Shown here one piece after another: positions 10,010 through 21,194 of a DNA stretch of 64,000 nt. Every line of letters starts with the position of its first letter. Position 1 is the stretch's first letter. A program made the translations under genes and the position numbers. The notes beneath the pieces were generated by a model. It did not search any database and was not told where the DNA came from. It saw only the letters and a program-made list of their open reading frames with translations. Source of the DNA: Callorhinchus milii (taxonomy: Eukaryota); assembly GCF_018977255.1 (NCBI RefSeq), contig NW_024704742.1, positions 80,292,001 through 80,356,000 on the forward strand, given 5' to 3'.

Positions 10010-11060
10010 AAGTATAATGAAAATGTTCAACTGACTCACCCAAATTGCTTAGTAGGTTATAATGTCAATTGGTGATTCATCTTGGAAAGCGATTCTGATG
10101 AGCGATCTTTGCTTTACTAACCATTCATGTATAAACTCTTCCAGCAGATATTATTGTATAATGATCTCAACTTGGCAAAGGCCAGGGATCAACTTCTGTC
10201 ATTCCTTATCTTGTATGATCCGTACCATATTAAATCCAATGAGGTCTCGAGCTCCAACCTTGATAAATTGTCAAGTTGTGAGATGTTACATGATGCATCA
10301 CTCAATAGCTTTTTTATTGCAGTTGACAGGCTTGGTACTCCCAACAAGTCTTTTTAATGTAGTTAGCCATGTTAATTTCAATTGGTGGTTCTTTTGTGAC
10401 TCAATCCTTAGAAAAATGATGCTTTACAAATCTTTTACAATGAGGTTAAGCCACTTCAGAAAAATGAGTCAGGAATAAATTGTACTTAAATGCTTTGGTT
10501 GCATTATGACAGACCGCTATAATTTAGTGGGCTTAATGGTTAAGGTGCAATCATGCTTAGTGGTAATGCTTTGCAATACTAAGTATGGCATGCGTATTTG
10601 GCATATTGAACTGCATTGGCCAACCTGTCAAGACATCAGTAATGTTCAATACCTATAGATCTTGGCGCTTTAGATCTTGGTTTAGAAGGATTTGCAGGTA
10701 AACTAGTTATTAGTCACGCTCTTGAGTCTGTATTCACTGTTGCTGACAAGCTAAGCGTGGAATGTTTGAACTGTTCTGAAACTTTGAAATGTAAAGGGTT
10801 CAGATGGAATGAAACGGACATGCATGGATCCAGATGTTTTGCCTGGAAGAAGCCAATAGCAAAAACATTGATTGCTGCTGTCATTTTCATGGGTACCAGG
10901 TAATGAACACAAAATTACAGAGAAACATTAGTGCTCACTTTGCAATTTCCCACATGGGTTAGTCAGTTTAAATCTCTTCAGGCACTGCATCGTCTTTCGG
11001 GAATAACAAAATAATTCAACCTTGGACAATAAATTCTATTGGTACCAGTATCTTCCTAAT
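10010..11060 (+). pseudogene. Highly decayed hAT-superfamily (ZNF862-like) transposase relic
   Basis: Collinear motif remnants across frameshifts and stops: MFN..QIA, SFFIAVD (first Asp), NDALQI, LVGL..(D)GA.ML.G, GM..LA.*TALA.CQDISNVQYL (resembling HCxAHRLxLA). Confidence 0.5.
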
Positions 11061-11659
11061 TTCCTTTTGTCTTTAGTGATAGCATTTACTTGTGAACAGG
11101 GTTAGAGCTATGTTACAATAATTGGCTCAAATGCACTGATTCCTATTTAGATAGGAATAGGCTGGACCATCTGTCCCATAAGCAAACCATGGTGCCTTTG
11201 ATATTGATGGAGCCTTTTTTCCTATCAGTTGTTACAGACGGTATAGCCTCCAGTCCAACAATTAATGTCCTCCTGACGTAAAAGGCGCTATGCAAATGTA
11301 ATTTTGTTGTTGTTAACAAAGGCCCATCATATGCTGAGTGATAACGATGGCAATGTTTTCATTATGTTATGAGAAATCCCATCATATAAACAGATGGATA
11401 TTATTGAATCAAATATAATCCCCTGCTACACCTTCAATTATATTTTGGAAATCGAAAATAATATCAACAGGATTCACGCTAAAATGTATTATGTTTATTT
11501 TCCAGATTGATTAAGATTTTAAACAAATGCCCAAGCTAATATTAAATAAACACAATGCTCAATCCTTTACTCACATAGCAGATAAAAAGTATTTTAAATG
11601 CAGAAGCATGACTCAGAATGCAAGTTGAAGAAAACACAATAGATTGGTTCAGTCCAGAG

Positions 11660-12600
11660 CTGTTTTTTTGGTCAGCTGAATCTCTTGACACATGCTGAAA
11701 ACCATGCTTAAGAGTATCAAAACTAAACTGAGAGTTCCATGCATCCTACCTACACATGAAAAATCCAGAAATATTGATTAGAATGGAATGCACACTCTCA
11801 CTGGAAGGATGCGTATTATTTTCCTAATTCCAGAAAGTATTAGGCGCAGGTTGCCAAGAGCCAACTCTTGGGGACCCAAGAGTGTGTGCTGCAGTTTCAC
11901 CAGTTAAGACCACATAGTTTGCTATTGATAGCACTATCTGGAAAGTTATCCTGCTGCTTGTTAAGCTAGGACTACCAAAGTGTAGTCTTGGCTTGTAAGA
12001 ATAACAGGAGCAGATCCAGCGATTGGTCTGTCCTTCCAAGTCCTGCCAATGAGCCAGGTTGGCTGGGCTGTCATCAGCAGTGCCCTGGAGGGCTGCAGAC
12101 CAGATGGGCTCAGGAACTCGACAACTGAGACTGCCACATATGGTGGGCTTGATTCTGCCATTCCATTGTTAAACATGTCACCTGGGAAACCGTTCAGCTT
12201 CAAGGAGACCCCACTTACTCCCCCAGGGCGGACAGTCACTGGTTAGTCATTCACTAGGTGGGTGACAAGTGAATGACCAACCAGTACCTTATTAGGTGGA
12301 TGACAAGTACCAGGAACTCCCTGCGAGCTTCCTGATGGGCAGCAAGGTTATCCTTGATGGGCAGTATGAGAGGCTGCTATAATATTCCTACCCACAGCTC
12401 GGACCCAATCCCTTCCCATTGAGCGATGGTTCCATTAGTTAGAAGTGCGGAGCTTGAGCAACAGCTGCTTAACTCTGCAGATCAATCAAGTTGGATTTTA
12501 CTCCAGGATATGATTGTGTGTGTTCACAAACTTGGACTCCAGGAACAGTTCAGACCATCATTGCCTCTTAGTGATAGCAACTCCTCAGGCTTTTCCTTCA
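11660..12600 (-). mobile_element. Second, collinear copy of the long-3'-UTR CCHC LINE
   Basis: Shares accatgcttaagagtatc, ttggggaccc, gtcatcagcagtgccctgga etc. with 5077-5853; minus strand reads QLLLKLRTSN...PSCG. Confidence 0.75.
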
Positions 12601-12755
12601 AATTAGAAATAACACAATATATAAAAATGTGAATTTGAACTCTAAATACAATATTTTATTAGTAACTTCTCCAGAAACTAAAAGTCATTTTTCATGTTCA
12701 CTCTTTTGAGTCTTGACAACAACAAACTGGCTATAAGCCTTTGCCTAGTAGAGTA

Positions 12756-13165
12756 CAACAACAATAGCAAATTGCATTTATATAGCACCTTAGGTGTTCG
12801 GAGGACGTCTCAAATCGTTGGTCGGTGAAGGGTTTCCACATGAGCTGCGGCTTGGATTCAAGAGTGGTGGGAAGATGACCGAATGCAGTCAAAAAGCAAC
12901 ATCTTGATATTGACCTTGAAGGAGGCAAGAGACTGGGTGAGCCAAAAGAACTCTGGTTGAGTTCCAGAGAGTTGGGGCAGAAAGACTGAAGGCCCGACTG
13001 CCGATGGTAGAATGGGCAGAGAGGGGGATGTGAAATGGATCATTGCCTACCGCACAGAGGAAGCAGGCAGTTTAGTAGGATTTTAGCAGGTCACAGAGAT
13101 AGGGTGGGGCAAGACTGTGGAGAGCTTTAAAAATGAGGACGAGGATCTTGAACACAAGATGAAGA
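12756..13165 (-). mobile_element. L2 LINE 3' fragment
   Basis: L2 tail with (gtt)n and a decayed WNSLP-region homologue on the minus strand. Confidence 0.7.
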
Positions 13166-14293
13166 TTTACCTAGCATCTAAACGAGGAATGAAACCACCC
13201 CACTCTGCAAAAAATAAATCTGCATGGCTCCAATGGTGACAAATTCTAAACAAATGTTATACTTTAACTGGATTTAGGAAATGTGGCCCATGTTTGGAAA
13301 CTTCTTTATGCTGTGATTTTACACATAGTCACCTTGTGTTTCCAACCTCACAAATTCTTTTGCATCATTCTCTTAATCCCCATTCAATTTCATCTAATGT
13401 CCAGTTGAATCTGGCAGGCAAACGTATCATAAAATCTGTGCCTCTAATTTATTTCAATATTAGGGAACTGGGCCTGTATCATCATTCAGTCTATTGAGTC
13501 ACAGCATCACTTTTCTGGTACAGTAACTAAAACAGCCCCTGTATTTTATCACTAGGTCAGTGAGCAATCTCTGCCTTTGGACACACTAATGTTATTTTGC
13601 CTCTTTGAAAGTATTCCCTCAGTTCCCAAATTAACAGTTTTCTTCGAGAGCAGTGAAGGGGTTTTGGCCCATCAGCTGAAATACAGATCCACTTCCCATT
13701 GATGTTATCCATGCTATTTTGTTTCTGCATTTGAATTCTCCTAGACGACACAAGAATAATTTCTAGTTGTGTATTTTCTTAAGATCAGGTTTAAAGCTTT
13801 CAACTTCATTCAGAGAGGAATAGAAAATGTTTTAAAGTTCTGCTGATATTATTTATCCAGTTTAATTCAGTACTAGACATGTAACGGAAATGTATATAAA
13901 GAAGGTTTAATGATTTTTTTAAAAGTTGCTTCAGTCTAGCCTTCAATTGCCAGGTTCCATTAATCTGTACTGGGATCAGATGTTGACATTAGATATTTAT
14001 TATGTACATTTATTTCAGCTGTGCTGGCCATCTCACAGTGGTTACCTCCACTTCTCTTAATCTGAGCACATTGACTCTTTGTTGGCATATGGTACCACAT
14101 TGACAAGGCACCCTCAACCAGGTGGTGTGTGTTAACCTAGACAGTGAGTAACATGATGGGATTAAACTTGTGAGCATTGTGGTCAAATCTAACTACCGTC
14201 ATCTGGTGTTGACTCACATGCAGTGTTTTAATTAAGAGAAAAACTCTGACTGAATTTTCCTTTCTTTAACACACCCCACCCCAAATACACACA

Positions 14294-16550
14294 CAACTTG
14301 GATTTATATAGCACCCTCCACAGCAGACGGCATCTCAGAGTGCTTCACAGTAATGGATCCCTGGGCCGAGCCAGGAGGAGGGGGAGGAAGGTGATCCAAA
14401 GCATGGTCGAAAAGAAAGGTCTTCAGCCGAGACCTGTAAGTGGGAAGAGCGGGGGTGAGGCGAAAGGAGTGAGGAAGGGAGTTCCAGAGCATCGGGCGTA
14501 GTGGCTGAAAGCACAGCCATGGAGGGTGGAGCGGAGGACTCGGGACAAGGAAGAGGCCAGACCCGGTGAAACAAAGGCAATAGGCACTGTTGTGAGGAGA
14601 GAGGAGATCAGAGAGGTAGGGGGCTGCAGAGGAGTGAAGGAATTTGAAGACAAGGGTGAGCATCTTGAAGTCGATCCTCTCTGGGACAGGCAGCCAGTGC
14701 AGTCCGACAAGTACTGGGGTAATCGGGCATCGGAGTTTGGAGCAGGTAAGAATGCGGGTGGCAGAATTTTGTATGACTTGGATTTTATGGATGGTAGTGG
14801 AGGGGAGAACGGCGAGGAGGGCATTAGAATAGTCCAGCCGAGAGGTGACAAAGGCATGGGCGAGGGTATCAAAGTGGCTTTTGAAGTGAGATATTAGCGG
14901 AGACTGTTGATACGTCGGAGGTGGAAGAAAACGGTGCTGGTGAGGGACCATACGACCTCAGTCCCCTCCTCTTCACCCTCTATATGCTCCCCCCTGGTGA
15001 CATCATCCGCAGACATGGGGTTAACTTCCACATGTATGCGGATGACACCCAACTCTACCTTTCCTCCTCTACCCTCAACTCCACGACCACCAATGTCCTG
15101 ACAGCTGCCTGTCCGACATCGAGTCCTGGACGAGATACAACTTTCTTCAGCTCAACGTGCGCAAAACTGAGGCCCTCCTGATTGGCTCACGTCAGCGCCT
15201 CCACACCTCAGGCGCTGACAGCATCAGCATCCAAGGCTGCACTCTCCACCTCTCAAAGCCAGTCAGGAACCTCGGGTTCTGTTCGACCCTGAGCTGTCCT
15301 TTCTCCCTCATATCCGCGCCACAACTGGCACCGCCTTCCATCACCTCCGGAATATCGCCAGACTACGACACTACCTCACCCCTCACGCTGCTGAAACCCT
15401 GGTCTATGCCTTTATCACCTCAAGGCTGGACTATGGGAACTCTCTCCTCGCCGGCCTTCCCGCCACCTCCCTCCACAAGCTGCAGGTCATTCAGAACTCT
15501 GCAGCTCGTGTACTGTCCCGCACCAGGCTTCGGGACCACATCACTCCCACCCTCGCTCGCCTACACTGGCTCCCCATCCCCCAGAGGATCGAATTCAAGA
15601 TCCTCATCCTCACCTACAAGGCCATTCACGGCCTTGCTCCCTCCTACCTCTCTGACCTACTATCTCTGACCTACTATCCTACTATCAACCCGTACCCTCC
15701 GTTCCTCTGGCTCCGTTCTGCTCCACATCCCCCGCCCCAACCGCCCTACCATCGGTGGCCGGGCCTTCAGCCTCTCAGCCCCTAGGCTCTGGAACTCTAT
15801 CCCCCAGTGCCTTCGCCGCCTCCTCCCTTTCCTCCTTCAAGGCCAGTCTCAAGACCTTTCTCTTTGACCGTGCCTTCTGCTCCCCTCTCGACTCTCTACC
15901 CCCTCCTCGCTCCCTCCCTTCCCTCCCCTCACCCTGACCATTTCCCCCCAGCTCGGGTCCTGACCCAACTGTACAGCGCCTTGGGATGTCCTCCCGACGT
16001 GAAAGGCACTCTATAAATGGAATCTTCTTGTTGTTGTTGTGGGGGAGAAAGGATAATTGGGGGTCAAACCTGACGCCTAGGTTGCGTACGCGTTGAGAGA
16101 GTTTTAGGGAGAGATCAGGTAGGTGGAGGAGATGAGAACTATGTGATTTAAGATATTGATGAGAGCCAAAGAGTATGACTTCCATCTTGTCAATGTTCAG
16201 CTGAAGGAAATTCATGCTCATCCAGCTCCTGAGGTCTGGCAGGCAGGATAACAGAACATCAGGGGACTGGGGGTCACAAAGAGAGGTGGAAAAATAGAAT
16301 TGGGTGTGGTCCGCATACATGTCTGCAGATGACATCCCCAAGAGGGAGCATGTAGATCAGAAAGAGGATGGGGCCAACGATGGATCCTTGGGGTACCCCG
16401 CAGGTAACCAGGTGAGAGCGGAAGTTAAAGCCATTTGTGCAGATGTACTGCTGGCAGTTCGTGAGATAGGACTCGAACCAGGCGAGTGCTGTCGCACTGA
16501 GGTGGATGACGGAGGAAAGGCGGTGGAGGATGGCGTGATCAGGAGGATGG
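14294..16550 (-). mobile_element. Older L2 LINE (RT and C-terminus) split by a younger + strand L2
   Basis: GVPQGSIVGP, MYADHTQ, FDPQLSFLPH (16041-16550) continue into [12 protein letters not shown]...LHWLPV...LWNSLP (14294-14951). Confidence 0.9.
14955..16040 (+). mobile_element. Young 5'-truncated L2 LINE nested in the older L2
   Basis: [10 protein letters not shown]...MYADDTQLY; near-identical by eye to 46595-47716; ends in the L2 tail and (ttg)n. Confidence 0.95.
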
Positions 16551-16728
16551 TACACACACACATACACACTGCTGTCTTTGCAGAAAACAAACAATTGATT
16601 TGGCAGACTACATGTAATAATAATTATTATTAATTGATATTGATAGAAATTATTTGATATTGATTTATATAGAGCAATATCCCACAGACAGCCATGAAGT
16701 GAGTGATCAATTTTATTGGAGGAACAAC

Positions 16729-17230
16729 TGGTATGAATATCAACCAGCAAAGCGACATTCAAAAATAACATCACAATAATCTGGAATTCACAAGTACATG
16801 TAAATAGAACAGTAATCTGTAACAAACCAGGCATTATTATAAAGTACCAAATAGATTGTACATGTAGTATTATCGATGTGGCTATACCCAAATGATTATA
16901 ACCTAAGAAAAGGAACTAGAGAATATCAGAAAATAAATCGATCTACAAATTGAATGTGCCAATGTAAAACAAACATAGTTCCAATAATCATTGACACAAG
17001 TGGGATTGTTAATAAGACTATTCAGAAATGGCTTGACATAATACCTGGTGAACAGAATATCAAACTCCTGCAAAAAGTACTAATTTAGGAAGTTCAAACA
17101 TACTAAGAAAAGTACCATCCATTCATATTTCAAGTGACAGTGTTATTGGTCTGTGTGATACATCACTGAAATCCATTTAGAAACTGCCTCTGCAGAGTTA
17201 TTTAAACAGTAATATAACAATAATAATAAT
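16729..17230 (+). mobile_element. R4/Dong-clade non-LTR retrotransposon 3' relic (restriction-like endonuclease domain)
   Basis: Decayed frames WYEYQP / ITIIWNSQVHVNRTVICNKPGIII...CSIIDVAIP(ND) / KELENIRK*IDLQIE / IVPIIIDTSGIV...LLQK / LGSSNILRKV; ends in (taa)n. Confidence 0.85.
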
Positions 17231-17520
17231 TTTTATTTTGTTATAGTGCCTTTCTCACCAGGATGTTTCAAAGTGCTTCACAGGATGTAGTGTAAACTGC
17301 AATGGCTGTTTGTTTAGTGGGCGAATCCGACAGCCAATTTCTACACAGCAATATGTCACAAACGCCCATAAAGTGAGTGATCAATTTTATTGGAGGATTG
17401 TTGGTCAGAACACTGGGAGAAACTCCCTTCTTTTTTTGAATAGAGCCATGGGATCTTTAATCACCACTTGATTAAGCAGAGTAGTCCTTAGTTTATCAAC
17501 TCATTCAAAGGATGTTGAAA
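17230..17520 (-). mobile_element. DeuSINE (SacSINE1/AmnSINE1-like) copy
   Basis: Deu-domain motifs on the minus strand (aaagatcccatggc...gggagtttctcccagtgt) plus an L2-type tail. Confidence 0.7.
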
Positions 17521-18775
17521 CTTTCCTTAAGTATGCCCATATTTTTCCAGTACTTTGCTCAAGTTAGCCTTGGTACTGAATATCAGTGAGCTAGTGACCT
17601 TGAGGACGTCACACCACACTCAGTTCCAATGTTCACTTTTCTGCAAGGTTAGCATTCAAGAGCAAGAAACCAGCCTCTCACTTCTCCCCAAATAAGAGAT
17701 GCTGCAATGCAAATGGAGCACCATTACGACTATCCCAACCAAAATTGGTTGTCTTAGTACAGAACAGGGATTAGCCTTTGACCTTAACAATCATCATAGG
17801 TCACTAGCACACCTTGTGGTGCATTTAACTATATTAAATTGGATTGGAAAAGTAAAGCGAAAGAGCAATACGTTAGGATACACCAGTAGAACAACAGGAC
17901 ATAGGTTTAGGGTTGTGAAGGGCAGTTTCAGGACGAACACTATTAAGCTTTACTTTACTCAGAGAGCTCGATTAATGGCAGGATGTAGAGTAGAGGGAAT
18001 GAAATTAGATGGGCCAAAGAGCTTCTTCAGCCAAACCGATTTTGTGACTTATTTGAAGAATTAAGGACTGATTTGAATTAAAAAAAAGCACAATATTGCT
18101 TGTTTAAATGTACAATACCTGATGCAATGCAAGTTGAGCAATTTTCATTTGGTAACTATTTATGTTTGCAAAATGCACAGAAGTTTCAGAATATAGATTA
18201 GAAATTCCTGATGGTTTCTAAATGTATATTGACTGAGCAATATATATTTTAGATATATACTTAAAAGGTGCACACTATAGGATGGGGAGAAAGGGCAGGC
18301 TAATAGGGTTGAAAGAATTAAACTTCAAAAGAACCAGCACAGAAACAATGGGCCAAATGTCCATTTTCTGTGCTTACAATTTTCATGGTTCTATTGTTCT
18401 AAGATAAGGTATTATACATTCTTGGAAAATAAAATGTTTTTCCTCCAGCTAGTAAATCTGTTTATTTCTTGAAAACTTTAATCATATCATTCACGGATCC
18501 TGTCTCTGGTTCAATGTGTCACATCACTTTAACCTGATACATTATTGATACACATGGGAAATTATAGAATTAAATAGGCCTTTTTTAAAATTAAAGTTTG
18601 ATAAGAATAGTATATGCAAACTAGTGGAAAATTCTAGTTGTCTCAAAAGGCCATTCATTTAAAATATATGACAACAGACCAGTTTGCATGTTCATCCAAA
18701 TCAAACAACATGTATCTAGTATGACTGGTGGTGCCTACTATTTCTTACAATTAGAGTTAAATATCTAAATTTGAT

Positions 18776-19220
18776 AACAACAACTTGAATTTATATAGTG
18801 CCCTCCACGCAGAACAGCATCTCAGAGCGCTTCACAGTAACAGATCTCGGGGCCGGGCCAGGGGGAGTGGGAGGAAGGAAGGTGACCTAAGGTGCAGTCG
18901 AAAAGAAAGATCTTCAGCCGAGACCTGAAAATAGGAAGAGAGGGGTGAGGCGAAGGTAGTGAGGAAGGGAGTTCCAGAGCCTCGGGGCATAGTGGCTGAA
19001 GGCACGGCTGCTGAGGGTGGAACGGAGGATTCAGGGGACAAGGAGGAGGCCAGACCTGGTGGAGCGAAGGCAACGGGCACTGTTGTGAGGAGAGAGGAGG
19101 TCAGAGAGGTGGGGGGGTGCAGAGGAGTGGAGGGATTTGAAGACAAGGGTGAGGATCTTGAAATCGATCCTCTCTGGGACAGGCAGCCAGTGCAGTCTGC
19201 CAAGGACTGGGGTAATCAGG
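18776..19220 (-). mobile_element. L2 LINE 3' fragment
   Basis: ITPVLGRLHWLPVPERIDFKIL; same subfamily as 14294-14951. Confidence 0.9.
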
Positions 19221-20399
19221 GATTGACAGTACAACTGGGAAAATGTTAAATTAATGATCTTATCAGTTTTCCACACAAATACTCATACACACATATTGAT
19301 GTGTGCGCACACACACTTAAATAATAATAATTGAAATAGTTGATATAGCATTCACATCAGGAGGACTTTTTAAAGCGATTCATGGTATTTTATACAAATG
19401 TAGTGTGTTTGTATTCTGTAGAGGAAAATAGCAGCCAAGCTGTGCACAGCAATGTCTTACAATAGATGTGAGATGAATGACCAATTTTATTTGGTTTGTT
19501 TTTGGCAAGCACAGTGGGAAAAGTACCATATTGGAATACTAATACCATATTTTAAGTTTTGTTCACATCGAAAAGTAAATTAGACTGTTAATGCTCTTTT
19601 TGTCAGTTAAATTCATTCCGATAAATAATGTTCTACACCAGCACCTTCTGTTGTTTTTATCAAATGAAACAGAGCAATCTTGTGCTTTGTTTAAAACGGT
19701 GCATCTAAGCCATTGCTAAGACTTCCTTTCCCATATGGAGGTAAAGCAGGGCAATGGGATTGAATGAAAGCCATGCTCTGAGAGCCTGTGCAAACTCGAT
19801 GAGCTGAATGATTTTCTTTTATGCTACAAATTTCAGTGATTCTATATTGAAAACATTCTAAACTTATGCCTTTACTGCTGCTGAAGAGCTCATTCAAGCC
19901 TTCGATAACTCAAACAGACTTCTCCGATACTCTCCTTGCCAGCCTAACTCTGCCCTCTGTTAACTGCAACTCATACCAAACTGTGCAGGCTATGTTCTCT
20001 CGTGCTCTAGGCTCCACACACCCACATTCCTGACCTCACCAAGCACTACCCCTACTCCTTGAGCCTTTAAGACAAGAGAGAGCAAGTTTACTGCAATTCA
20101 TGGTCAGCATACTTTTACAGTGCAGGCGTGAATTACACTGCTCCTTAAGCCATCTGTTCTATGTTGAGTCAGCAGAAGGGCTCCAGCATGATTCACGGTG
20201 CACAAGTGCAGCAATACATCAAGAGTTCAATATTTTTTTCCCCCAGCTGAGTCCAAATGCAGATGTAAAATGCGGGCTATTAGCAATCACATGCACTATT
20301 GCCAGTGAATATTCCCTGATCCTTCAACTGCCCAATGTGGAACTAAGGTTATAACCTTGCCTCTTAGTCTGTTCAGTGAAGATTAGTTACATTAGCACA

Positions 20400-20660
20400 A
20401 GGTTGGAAAAGGAGCAGCTAACCTTTGTATCACTTGGTTAAGAGGAGAAAAAAACGCTTGATCACTTGTTCAGTAAATGCTACTGGAAAATGTTTGTGCA
20501 TGGACAGCAGATGAGAGCAGGATTGGTTTGGCTGCGATGGTCCCATTCAGGATTGAGTTTGGTGGTGATCACCCTATGTCCATATATCACTCATTGTCTA
20601 GGATCACACTAGAAGAATGATCACCTGGGCAAGGTAGCAGAGGGCGGATGGTAAAAGATG
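20400..20660 (+). repeat. Unclassified old interspersed repeat (related copy at ~14090-14235, minus strand)
   Basis: Shared core actca(c/t)tgtctagg(a/t)t(c/a)acac...cacctgg between the two loci. Confidence 0.35.
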
Positions 20661-21194
20661 ACGACCTGGAAAGCTTGTATTGCAACATTACTGCTGGTGG
20701 AAAGATACTATGACATGGATTAAGCGTACAATAATAACACAAATTAAACACTAAAATTGGAGTTGGGTACAGATGATAACAGCTATGATTGTGAAACCTT
20801 AGGCAAGTTTCCATATTCAACACACTACTGTTTACCTAGCAGTAAGTAGAAATCCAGTTGTTAGTCAATTGGCTGATCATTTTCTGGGGGTTAATAATCC
20901 CTCCAAAAAAATTGAGGTTGGTCAATTCATGACTGTTTGTGGGACACTGCTGTGCGTAATTTGCTGCCATGATTTGTCCATAAAATACACAGTCAATCCA
21001 CTTTACAATATATTCTGTGAAACGCCTTGAGACATCTCAACAATGTGATAAGGCTGTATATCAAGTGGAAGGATTATTATTCAGTATGTGTTTTCACTGC
21101 CTAGTTTTAGCTCAGTTAAGGAATCTAAAGTTGTGTAAGAATAAACCTATGAAAATGTAATTTTCTTGATAAAAGTCTCCTACTCACAAGAGTC

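Noticed and set aside
9200..11200. Endogenous RNA-virus element
   Set aside because: No viral polymerase or capsid motifs seen; the remnants fit a hAT transposase better.
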